From: a virus
Length of the DNA stretch: 64,000 nucleotides
Direction: 5' to 3' (one strand)
Virus record (IMG/VR): IMGVR_UViG_3300007276_000035
Coordinates: 1 to 64,000 of that record
Each line of letters begins with the position of its first letter. Position 1 is the stretch's first letter. Of the stretch, positions 39,583 to 47,979 are shown piece by piece. The notes under the pieces are model-generated. The model was not told where the DNA came from, made no database searches, and saw nothing but the letters and a program-made list of their open reading frames with translations. The position numbers were made by a program, and so were the translations under genes.

Positions 39583-40368
39583 ATGAATAAGATAAAACTA
39601 TTTTCGTTAGCTCTAATAGTAATGTTTACAACTGGTTGCGCAAATCAAGCAGCTCAGGATTATTATATTGCTATGCAGGCAGCAGCAACAGCTAATTCAG
39701 TGCAGCAAGAAGCACGATATCGTGCATTAGCGACAGTTGCAGCAACAGGCGACGAAAATGCAGCAGTAGCAGCAACAATGGCTATAGCAATGACGCAAGA
39801 CAAAGTGGTTGTACCACAATATGTGGAAAGCCAAAGTTTGAAATGGGCACAAGTGTTAGCAACTCCGGTAGCAGCAATAGCAGGTATTGCTATTCAAGCT
39901 GACGTAGCTAAAAATGCTAGTGACAACGCAACCAAGGTACAGTTAGGTTCACAGAATACCACTATGGGCACTATACTTGGATTGAGCCAAGATCAGCAAA
40001 ATGCATCAGTGTTAACAACGCAAAGTGTAGCTACTCTTGGGATGGCAGGCATAGAAGCTGTTAATGTAGCAGGGCAGCAATCTGCACTTGCTAATCAGCA
40101 GAATCTAGAAGTAGTACAAGCTACCTCACTAGCTGGGCTAAATGCACAAGGAACCGCTTATCAAAACGGTCTAAATGCAGTTACGGAAGTAAGCCAAGCA
40201 GGAATGCAGCAAATTACTACAGTTAGCAACAACGGTATTTCAGCAACTGAAAATACAGCAATTGCTGGATTTAACTCTACGGAAAACATAATAAAGGATT
40301 ATAATCAAGTTATACTTGACAATAATACGTTATTACAGTCGCTGATTCCAGCGCCAGTTTCACCTTAA
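39583..40368 (+). CDS. lipoprotein, Ala/Gln/Thr-rich helical
   Basis: Lipobox FTTGC; AGGAG RBS. Confidence 0.7.
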   Translation: MNKIKLFSLALIVMFTTGCANQAAQDYYIAMQAAATANSVQQEARYRALATVAATGDENAAVAATMAIAMTQDKVVVPQYVESQSLKWAQVLATPVAAIAGIAIQADVAKNASDNATKVQLGSQNTTMGTILGLSQDQQNASVLTTQSVATLGMAGIEAVNVAGQQSALANQQNLEVVQATSLAGLNAQGTAYQNGLNAVTEVSQAGMQQITTVSNNGISATENTAIAGFNSTENIIKDYNQVILDNNTLLQSLIPAPVSP

Positions 40369-40382
40369 TAAATACCTTTTAA

Positions 40383-40426
40383 ACTGGTTGACAGTGTACT
40401 TGAAATATAGTATACTGTTAATCAGT
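40383..40426 (+). promoter_or_regulatory. sigma70 promoter embedded in an 18-bp hairpin
   Basis: TTGACA 40388, TATACT 40411; arms 40383-40400 and 40409-40426. Confidence 0.7.
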
Positions 40427-40447
40427 GTTTAAATTTCGAGATAACTT

Positions 40448-40621
40448 ATGGAAATTCTAATAGCATACGTTGTAGGTTCTTTAATAGGAGCTATAATATC
40501 ATACCGGGCAGGTGTACGAGGTGGCGCTGATGCCACTCTTATATTGTTGGCGGAAAATAATTACATCCGGACTAAACTTGTCGACGGAGAAACACAAATT
40601 GTCCCACTAGATCAAGAATGA
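40448..40621 (+). CDS. small membrane-anchored protein (57 aa, absent from ORF track)
   Basis: MEILIAYVVGSLIGAII...; ATGA overlap with next gene. Confidence 0.55.
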   Translation: MEILIAYVVGSLIGAIISYRAGVRGGADATLILLAENNYIRTKLVDGETQIVPLDQE

Positions 40622-40911
40622 CAAAGTTTGCAAAGGTCAAGTGCAAGTATATTCACGTTAATCAGAATTATATTAAGCAAAACCTAAAGCATGGTACAGA
40701 CCAGCCCGTTGTTACTGTGAAGTATGGTTCCAAGAATATATACGGACACGAAGTAAAAGTACACGGAGAGAGTGAAATAGTGTATTGTGGTCCTGGCAGG
40801 GTAGACCCTCTAATCCCATGTGGAGCTAGGGTAGTGATTAAAACATTCTCAGCCGTTACTGTACACAAATATGAAGAAGGAAAAATCACAGAAACAATAG
40901 AGATAGAATGA
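40618..40911 (+). CDS. phage hypothetical protein
   Basis: IHVNQ...PVVTVK...CGARVVI. Confidence 0.7.
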   Translation: MTKFAKVKCKYIHVNQNYIKQNLKHGTDQPVVTVKYGSKNIYGHEVKVHGESEIVYCGPGRVDPLIPCGARVVIKTFSAVTVHKYEEGKITETIEIE

Positions 40912-40930
40912 GCTCGGGAGGGCGGAAAAT

Positions 40931-41098
40931 GTAAGTCATTGATTTTATTGGATATTTTTTTCCTTATAAATCAATGACTTACAAAATCCACCAAAAATAG
41001 CTCAAATTATTTTAAAACTCCAATGAAATCAATAACTTACGTGGTTGACACGTACTGTAATGGTGCTATTATATACATGTAGGTTAAATAACGGAGTA
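40931..41098 (+). repeat. repeated promoter module, copy 3 (22-bp core inverted relative to copy 1)
   Basis: IR 40931-40945/40968-40982, third site 41026-41040, TTGACA 41045, TATTAT 41067. Confidence 0.85.
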
Positions 41099-41105
41099 GA
41101 GTTAG

Positions 41106-41444
41106 ATGGGTTTGATAGTTGATGTTTTGCGTTCAAGCGGTATGGATTGTACTGCTAACGGTGTTTCAAGTCAAAGCGATTGTCTCCTTGTTGCTAATGT
41201 TGATGGTCCTTTTGATCCAGGCGAGTATGCGCACAGGATGCCGATCGTTAACGTAGTAGAGGGTAACCTCCCCGGAACGGTTAAAGTAGTTCCAGCTAAC
41301 ATTTACAACCAAGCGCCAGAGCGCGTAATGATGGGCGGTAACTACGCTGCATCAAGTGACGCTCGCTGGAATCGCAAGTTAGAGCAGATAGCTGGTTCAC
41401 GCCAGTCTGGTGCAGTTCCCATCCACGATCGTGTTGAGGCATAA
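41106..41444 (+). CDS. early hypothetical protein
   Basis: DCTANGVSS...MMGGNY...VPIHDRVE. Confidence 0.7.
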   Translation: MGLIVDVLRSSGMDCTANGVSSQSDCLLVANVDGPFDPGEYAHRMPIVNVVEGNLPGTVKVVPANIYNQAPERVMMGGNYAASSDARWNRKLEQIAGSRQSGAVPIHDRVEA

Positions 41445-41447
41445 GAC

Positions 41448-41666
41448 ATGGACAAGAAAGCATACGAGTATTACCCTACGCGGGTTGAGTTTACCAAGTA
41501 CTTCTTGTCTGGTACACTTGAAGGCATGACAGTTACGGAGCGCATGGGTTTCATAACCTGGGATGACGCTTGCAAGTGGGCTGGTGGTGTAACAATGAGT
41601 GTCAAGTGCGACTACGTGGTACTTGAGATGCGCGACTTGCAGACTGGTGTTACGGAGAAGTTTTAA
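41448..41666 (+). CDS. early hypothetical protein
   Basis: Coupled small ORF. Confidence 0.6.
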   Translation: MDKKAYEYYPTRVEFTKYFLSGTLEGMTVTERMGFITWDDACKWAGGVTMSVKCDYVVLEMRDLQTGVTEKF

Positions 41667-41875
41667 TGGACTTGAACCCAGTTCAAACTGTTAGTAGTAA
41701 ACTGGCCCAGGCTGGTATTAGGTTTACAACAGAAGCATTTTTGAGTAACTTTTATGGTACACGGTTTATATTCGAATCACGCCGTGATGCTATAAAGGCA
41801 GAGAAGAAACTGGGCCGAGACTTCATTGTGCGAAAAAGCGGTATTACAAAAGAATGGTACCTGGAGATATTTTAA
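41666..41875 (+). CDS. early hypothetical protein
   Basis: TAATG coupling. Confidence 0.6.
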   Translation: MDLNPVQTVSSKLAQAGIRFTTEAFLSNFYGTRFIFESRRDAIKAEKKLGRDFIVRKSGITKEWYLEIF

Positions 41876-42111
41876 TGCTAGTTGAATTTACTAAACCACT
41901 TGGCCCTTGGAAGACTATTTTCTGCAAGCTAGACGGTAAAGACTTAGCTCGAATACGTGACGCAGGGACTAACGGATATCAGGTAACTGTTACCCGCATG
42001 ATGTTCGAAGGACGGTTTGGTGCAACTAACACTAAGTATTTCAAAACACTAAAAACAGCAAAGAATTTTGTAGAAGATAATGCTGTAGCAATTACAACAG
42101 GAGTTAAGTAA
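41875..42111 (+). CDS. early hypothetical protein (start moved to 41875)
   Basis: TAATG coupling, GGAG RBS. Confidence 0.6.
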   Translation: MLVEFTKPLGPWKTIFCKLDGKDLARIRDAGTNGYQVTVTRMMFEGRFGATNTKYFKTLKTAKNFVEDNAVAITTGVK

Positions 42112-42617
42112 TGTCCGAAGTTATTGACAGAGCTATAGAGTTTGCTACGAGGGCACACGGAACCCAGAAGAGAAAGTATACTGGCGAAGCGTATGTTACG
42201 CACCCTATTGCAGTCTCGAAAATTGTTGCTACGGTCCCTCACACTACAGCGATGCTGGTTGCTGCTATCCTTCACGACACAGTGGAAGATACGAATGTAA
42301 CACTCAGCGAAATTGAAGCAGAGTTTGGGTCGGAAGTAGCAATGCTGGTTAACTGGTTAACTGATGTTAGTCAACTAGAAGATGGTAACAGAGAGTTAAG
42401 AAAGGCTATAGATAGGGCTCATTCAGCAGAGGCACCGCCTGATGCACAAACAATCAAGGTGGCTGACCTTATACATAATACTATAAGTATTAGTCAACAC
42501 GATCCAGATTTTTGGAAAGTGTATCGACATGAAAAGCGAATGCTGCTCGATGCTCTTACACTTGCAGATGAAGCATTGCGGGACCAAGCAATTGCACAAT
42601 TAGAGAGGGTTTGGTAA
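42111..42617 (+). CDS. HD-domain (p)ppGpp hydrolase-like protein (SpoT/Mesh1 type)
   Basis: AHGTQKRK...YVTHP, AAILHDTVED, IKVADLIHN. Confidence 0.85.
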   Translation: MSEVIDRAIEFATRAHGTQKRKYTGEAYVTHPIAVSKIVATVPHTTAMLVAAILHDTVEDTNVTLSEIEAEFGSEVAMLVNWLTDVSQLEDGNRELRKAIDRAHSAEAPPDAQTIKVADLIHNTISISQHDPDFWKVYRHEKRMLLDALTLADEALRDQAIAQLERVW

Positions 42618-42829
42618 TGAAGCAGTATGCACGAATAAAAGACTACGGAGATGTCCTGATTCCTGTTGCACTACTTGAAAAGGTTGTTGCCCAAGGTTAC
42701 TTAGTTAGGACGGACTATGTAGATAGCAAAGAAATTCTGTCTGAGGTTTACCCGATACTAAACGTAGCAATGCACGATGAGAAGGAAGTTAAGGCTGTGT
42801 TAGCTCAGCAGATGTTAGAGGGAAAGTAG
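42617..42829 (+). CDS. hypothetical protein
   Basis: TAATG coupling. Confidence 0.55.
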   Translation: MKQYARIKDYGDVLIPVALLEKVVAQGYLVRTDYVDSKEILSEVYPILNVAMHDEKEVKAVLAQQMLEGK

Positions 42830-42830
42830 A

Positions 42831-43262
42831 ATGACTGATTACGTTGGTATAGAAACACTGAAAGGATTAACAATTGCTAGTGTCATAGACAGCGACGATG
42901 CCTGTATTGTATTCAAAACGGTATGTGGCAGAACATTCACGATGCAGCATTTTCAGGATTGCTGTGAAGCTGTTTATGTTGAAGACATCTGCGGAGATTG
43001 GGATGACATTATAGGTTCTCCTATAGTTGTAGCTGAAGAAGTGATCTCGACTGATGCTAAACCTTATGGCGATCCATTAATCGCCGCAGAACACATTTTA
43101 CGTAACGGAGACAATGAACCCGTGGATGCCGATGACTCTCATACTTGGACGTTTTACAAGTTAGACACAGTTAAAGGTGGTGTTACTATACGTTGGTTCG
43201 GCACTTCAAACGGCTACTACTCAGAATCGGTTTCTTTTTATGAAGGTGAGAATCCTCGGTAA
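42831..43262 (+). CDS. phage hypothetical protein
   Basis: HFQDCCE.V...TWTFY...RWFGTSNGYYSE. Confidence 0.75.
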   Translation: MTDYVGIETLKGLTIASVIDSDDACIVFKTVCGRTFTMQHFQDCCEAVYVEDICGDWDDIIGSPIVVAEEVISTDAKPYGDPLIAAEHILRNGDNEPVDADDSHTWTFYKLDTVKGGVTIRWFGTSNGYYSESVSFYEGENPR

Positions 43263-43564
43263 TGCAAGTATTACAGGAAATAACTAAGTGGGAGGAAAGC
43301 ACTCCTAACCACAAGTACTGGGTTAACAATGCAGGAAAGTTAGTTGCATTCGAAAACAGCTTTGGTTACACTAAATTTAATCGACCTTTGCGTTTTGATA
43401 AAGCAAGACGCAAGTTTACGATCCTGGAAACTATCGAGGAAGCACTTCCGAAAAACGCTCGTAAAGTGGAAGGCAGCAACGGAAAAATATACACAGTAAC
43501 TGAAGACAAGTGTTCTTGCCCTGGTTTTCGCTTTCGTGGAACTTGTAAACATATGAAAGATTAA
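43262..43564 (+). CDS. SWIM zinc-finger protein
   Basis: CSCPGFRFRGTCKH. Confidence 0.8.
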   Translation: MQVLQEITKWEESTPNHKYWVNNAGKLVAFENSFGYTKFNRPLRFDKARRKFTILETIEEALPKNARKVEGSNGKIYTVTEDKCSCPGFRFRGTCKHMKD

Positions 43565-43638
43565 ACAATTACCCACTTGATGTCTTAAGTGTAGCCTAAA
43601 GAACACGAGCATAACTCCTAGGTATACTAAATATAGTT

Positions 43639-44736
43639 ATGAATAATATCTATAACATATACCCAAATTTAAAAAAGCACGGACACAAAATAGCTTTATA
43701 CGATGACTTCTTGAACCGACTAAATCCTCAACTCACCGAGGATTTAAACACTTTACTAGAGGATCATCAGTATGTGTTTCTGTTACGTGATGAGATCTTG
43801 TCTGTAGACTACATACAAATACTACATAACCTAACAAAAGATATACCACCGGGACGATTGTTTCTGTTTGCAGCAAGTTTAAATCCTAAAGTGGCAGACT
43901 ATTACTACGAATATTGTGAGGAGTTGGGTGTTAGAGCAATACCATTAATACTTTCTTCATTGATTGATATGCCAGTCGGGCAGCATACACAGCCAAAGAT
44001 AAGTACTGGTGTTAGAAAAAAGAAGTTCTTGTGTTTTAATCGTGTACCTAGGGTACATAGAATAATGTTATTAAAAGGACTCCACGAAAGAAATTTGGTT
44101 GATCAAGGCTTTGTTTCATTCGGTTTTGATCCACTAACGCCTGACATCGTAATAGATAGTTTCCCTCCATCAATTAAAGATTTTCTTAATGAGCACAAAG
44201 ACAAATGGCCTCTACTGCTCGATTACGACGATATAGTTTCTGTTAGCCACACGTCAATGATTGATTCCAGCTTATACCCTCTATTCGAGAATTCTTATTT
44301 TAGTGTAGTAAGTGAAACATACTTCTTTAACGGAACAGAACAGGATCCTCCGCACCACTGGGAAAACAATTGGCAATATGTCTCTGTCCTAGCACCGTTT
44401 ATATTTAAAGATGATATATCTATAACCGAAAAGACGTTTAGAGCCATATTTCACAAACATCCATTTATAATAGCCGGTGCTCCACACTCGTTAGCTAAGA
44501 TAAGAGAATGGGGCTATCAGACTTTTTCGCCGTGGATAGACGAAAGCTACGATGCTTGTGAGGATCACGAAGCCAGACTAGAAATAATTCTAGAAGAAAT
44601 AAATAGACTGTGTAGTCTGTCAGATCAAGAATTAAATAAAATGATAAACGAAATGGCAGATGTGCTAGAACATAACTACAGACTATATATAAACAAACCA
44701 TACAACAGACAAATTACACAGGAACCGGTATTATGA
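43639..44736 (+). CDS. glycosyltransferase-like (GT-B) hypothetical protein
   Basis: FLCFNRVPRVHR, SVVSET, ITEKTFR, PFII, IDESYD. Confidence 0.55.
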   Translation: MNNIYNIYPNLKKHGHKIALYDDFLNRLNPQLTEDLNTLLEDHQYVFLLRDEILSVDYIQILHNLTKDIPPGRLFLFAASLNPKVADYYYEYCEELGVRAIPLILSSLIDMPVGQHTQPKISTGVRKKKFLCFNRVPRVHRIMLLKGLHERNLVDQGFVSFGFDPLTPDIVIDSFPPSIKDFLNEHKDKWPLLLDYDDIVSVSHTSMIDSSLYPLFENSYFSVVSETYFFNGTEQDPPHHWENNWQYVSVLAPFIFKDDISITEKTFRAIFHKHPFIIAGAPHSLAKIREWGYQTFSPWIDESYDACEDHEARLEIILEEINRLCSLSDQELNKMINEMADVLEHNYRLYINKPYNRQITQEPVL

Positions 44737-45329
44737 AGCAGTATAATCCCTATGACAAATATTCATCATCTGACGGCTTGGTATTAGACACCCTAGTTGT
44801 AGATGATGGGAAATGCGAATTAGTAGAACCAAGCCACCCAGCCCTGCATAAACGCGCATCTTTGGACCCATTCGATGGCACTGATTGGGTAGAACGTGAA
44901 AAAGAAATGCTTGACCTTATGCACGGTAAGTTAGGTGTAGGGTTAGCGTCCCCTCAAATCGGCTCAAGCTATAATATGTTTGTGATGCATCATAGCATCC
45001 TAGGTGATATAGGTGTGTACAATCCAACAGTTTTAGAAACAGAAGGTAAAGACCTGATAGAAGAAGGTTGCTTGTCCTGGCCGTTGCTGTACATACCAAT
45101 ATCTAGACCCGAAAGAATTAAAGTTAGTTATACAAAAAATGATGGCGAGACTATAGTAGAGACATGGATGGACGGGATGGATGCTCGGTGTTTCTTACAC
45201 GAAGTAGATCATTTAAACGGTGTTAACTTTATAGACATCGTAAGTGAATTTAAACTAAAACGTGCAAAAGAAAAGAGAGACAAGTTTTTTAAAAAGATGT
45301 CCAGGTCAGCCAAGAGGGTCAAATCTTAA
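44733..45329 (+). CDS. def: peptide deformylase
   Basis: GVGLASPQIG, EGCLS, HEVDHLNG. Confidence 0.93.
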   Translation: MKQYNPYDKYSSSDGLVLDTLVVDDGKCELVEPSHPALHKRASLDPFDGTDWVEREKEMLDLMHGKLGVGLASPQIGSSYNMFVMHHSILGDIGVYNPTVLETEGKDLIEEGCLSWPLLYIPISRPERIKVSYTKNDGETIVETWMDGMDARCFLHEVDHLNGVNFIDIVSEFKLKRAKEKRDKFFKKMSRSAKRVKS

Positions 45330-45332
45330 TAT

Positions 45333-46196
45333 ATGCTGAACCGATTTAATTTTTATATTAATGATTTTGACCGTGTAAAAGACTATAGGGCTGAATACCC
45401 TGAAGCAGGAAAGATATTTAACTATCCTACTAGTTTTTGGTTAGGAACCCGCAAGAATAAAAAACGTCGACAGGCAGCGAATGTGCATAAGAGAGTAGTG
45501 CGACTGATGAAGCGTGTTGCTCCTGCTGAGCCTGTTCTAGTGATATACAATTTGCCTGATCGTGACATGGGTAATCACAGTAAAGGTGGCGCTGCTGACG
45601 ACAAAGAATATCTAGAATTTATTCATGCTGTAGCTAGCGGTATAGGAAGTAGGAAACCCATTCTAATATTCGAACCAGACGCAATACCGCATAGTACAAT
45701 GATGACACAAGCACAACGAAAAAAACGATTATCATTAATGAAGAAAGCAATCAAGATATTAACTGAGGAGAGTTCTGCTTTAATTTATATAGATATAGGA
45801 CACAGCAATTGGTTGAGTGCTGAAGAAGCAGGAACATTATTCAACCAGGTATATGTAGAGGGGGTTTCTGGGTACAGTATTAATGTTAGTAACTTTCGCA
45901 CTAATAAAGAAAGTATGCGGTGGGGAGGTCAAGTTGGAGATTATGCGCTAGTAAGTAACTTTGTGGTAGATACTAGTCGCAATGGTAATGGGCCTTACGG
46001 CAATAATTGGTGTAACCCTCCGGGTAGATGTTTAGGAACAGCACCTACCTTAAATACACACAATGAGAACTGCGATGCTTTTTTATGGATTAAGGTGCCT
46101 GGCGAAAGTGATGGTACATGTAACAATGGACCACGAGCAGGCCGCTTTTGGCCAGAGTACGCTAGAGAGTTAGTTCGTAATACGTCTTGGCTTTAA
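45333..46196 (+). CDS. glycoside hydrolase family 6 (cellulase-like)
   Basis: YNLPDRD, EPDA, YIDIGH, VDTSRNG, WCNPPG, WIKVPGESDG. Confidence 0.88.
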   Translation: MLNRFNFYINDFDRVKDYRAEYPEAGKIFNYPTSFWLGTRKNKKRRQAANVHKRVVRLMKRVAPAEPVLVIYNLPDRDMGNHSKGGAADDKEYLEFIHAVASGIGSRKPILIFEPDAIPHSTMMTQAQRKKRLSLMKKAIKILTEESSALIYIDIGHSNWLSAEEAGTLFNQVYVEGVSGYSINVSNFRTNKESMRWGGQVGDYALVSNFVVDTSRNGNGPYGNNWCNPPGRCLGTAPTLNTHNENCDAFLWIKVPGESDGTCNNGPRAGRFWPEYARELVRNTSWL

Positions 46197-46549
46197 GATA
46201 CGCCGCTTGGATCTGAAAAATCCTCAGCGTCTGGTGTAACAACTACGTTGTCTTTTTGATGGTCAGCATCAGGAACATTAATATCATTCTCTAAGTAATG
46301 CTTAACGCTACCAATATAATCATTAGCTTTGATAATCTTTGCTTGCCACCAATGCGGAAAGTCTGCATTATCTGGCGCACTGTCGAGCATCTTGTATAGC
46401 TCAACACAGTACTTGCCCATTTGAAACAGTTGCTTTTTAATAGCTGTGCGCTCATCGTCGGTATGACCTATCGATGTTTTTGCTGTTTCTTCTTCGCCGT
46501 CCTCGTTAATGATTCCAGCTAGCAATTGCATACGTTCTATTTCATTCAT
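46193..46549 (-). CDS. putative virion protein
   Basis: IERMQLLAGIINE; PHWWQAKI...HYLE. Confidence 0.65.
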   Translation of the reverse strand: MNEIERMQLLAGIINEDGEEETAKTSIGHTDDERTAIKKQLFQMGKYCVELYKMLDSAPDNADFPHWWQAKIIKANDYIGSVKHYLENDINVPDADHQKDNVVVTPDAEDFSDPSGVS

Positions 46550-46740
46550 TTGTTCAATCTCTTCTTGAATGCTTCAAATAATGGTAACAAGTCTTGTCTA
46601 TGTGTACTAACTTCCTTACCGTCGAAGTAACTTGTAGTTACTAGTGTTAATTCTTTTTTGTTATCTATAATTTCCGTTTCTACTAACAAACGACTTTTAA
46701 TTCCGTCTATTATTTTTTCTTCTAGGTTTAAATTAAACAC
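46546..46740 (-). CDS. hypothetical protein
   Basis: Coupled small ORF. Confidence 0.55.
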   Translation of the reverse strand: MFNLNLEEKIIDGIKSRLLVETEIIDNKKELTLVTTSYFDGKEVSTHRQDLLPLFEAFKKRLNK

Positions 46741-47570
46741 TAGTACTCGTCCCCATCATCACCCATTTCTCGCAGCTCTGTAACAGTATCCATCATAGTA
46801 GCCATGCTCTGTCCGGCGTAGCTATCATCACCAGCAGCACTCATGATGTGTCCGTACCAGTATGCTTCTGCACGATTTCTAACTTGCCCACTTGGTAGTA
46901 AGCCCATAGCTTGATCAGTTAGTTCCATAATTGTCTGTGCAATTTCTTCTAGTTCATCAGCAAGCATTGAGATATCACTATCTTCGCGTATAACAGATTC
47001 TTCTGTGTTGCCTTGTACTTCAGCTACAGCACCTTTTGCTTCTTCTTGTGTAAGCCAAGTAGCTACTGTTTTATTATTATCGCTGTAAATACTCCATGGC
47101 TCCATTGGTCGCCCAACTGCTCTCCATGGTGCAGGATAATCGTCGTTTGGTGCAAATGCATTTACCTGCGGCGCATCGCCAATCCTAAACCCTTTCTCTT
47201 TGTATGCGGCCACTTTTTTGTCGCTTTTAACTTTAACATCTTTAAGTATGCTAGAACCAGTATTAGTTTCGCCTTCGTCTGCTCTGTCCCGCCATGCGTC
47301 TAAGTCTTCGCCTAGGTCACTAAATACCGAAGAAAGATATGCGTGAACATCACTGCTACCAATTTCGTCTAGCTCTCTATCACCATAAAACTCAGCTGCT
47401 GATTCAACAGCTTGTAATACCTTTTCTGGACCATGCTTTTGAACTAGGTCCATGTACTGCATTTTAATACGATGCATAATAGAATCATATACTGCTCGCA
47501 TACTGTCAGTAGCCCATCTATCAAATGTGCTAGATTCAAATAAGTTTATTAGGTCACGCATGTTCTTCAT
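46740..47570 (-). CDS. modular putative virion protein
   Basis: MRDLINLFE; internal IRED. Confidence 0.6.
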   Translation of the reverse strand: MKNMRDLINLFESSTFDRWATDSMRAVYDSIMHRIKMQYMDLVQKHGPEKVLQAVESAAEFYGDRELDEIGSSDVHAYLSSVFSDLGEDLDAWRDRADEGETNTGSSILKDVKVKSDKKVAAYKEKGFRIGDAPQVNAFAPNDDYPAPWRAVGRPMEPWSIYSDNNKTVATWLTQEEAKGAVAEVQGNTEESVIREDSDISMLADELEEIAQTIMELTDQAMGLLPSGQVRNRAEAYWYGHIMSAAGDDSYAGQSMATMMDTVTELREMGDDGDEY

Positions 47571-47609
47571 TGTTATATTCCTGTTGGTAATTTTCTAAAT
47601 TCGTTTATG

Positions 47610-47978
47610 TTATTGGCTTTTGAGCCACTTACATAACTCTTCAACGCTACCGTCGAAGAACTTAATAGCTGGCTTGCCCTTCTTACCATCGTGCCAATAA
47701 ACTGGACCTCCAGGTCTAGTGGTGCTGTACACATGCACTACTGCTAGACCATCTGGGCGGGTAATTATTGTGTGGGTGTTGCCTGGTGGTTCTTTAACAA
47801 CACAACCGGCTACTTTTTTACCTGCAGAAGATTGTATGGCACGAAGTAAATCCTTTTCCTTGCTCAATGCTTTCTCCAGGTCCCTAACACGTTTTTTGGC
47901 TGCCACAAGATCGTCCTGCGTGTACTTCTTTTTGTTCGCTTCCTCAATTTTCTCTAATAGGATTCTAAATTCGTTCAT
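47610..47978 (-). CDS. putative virion protein
   Basis: MNEFRILLEKIEE. Confidence 0.6.
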   Translation of the reverse strand: MNEFRILLEKIEEANKKKYTQDDLVAAKKRVRDLEKALSKEKDLLRAIQSSAGKKVAGCVVKEPPGNTHTIITRPDGLAVVHVYSTTRPGGPVYWHDGKKGKPAIKFFDGSVEELCKWLKSQ

Positions 47979-47979
47979 G

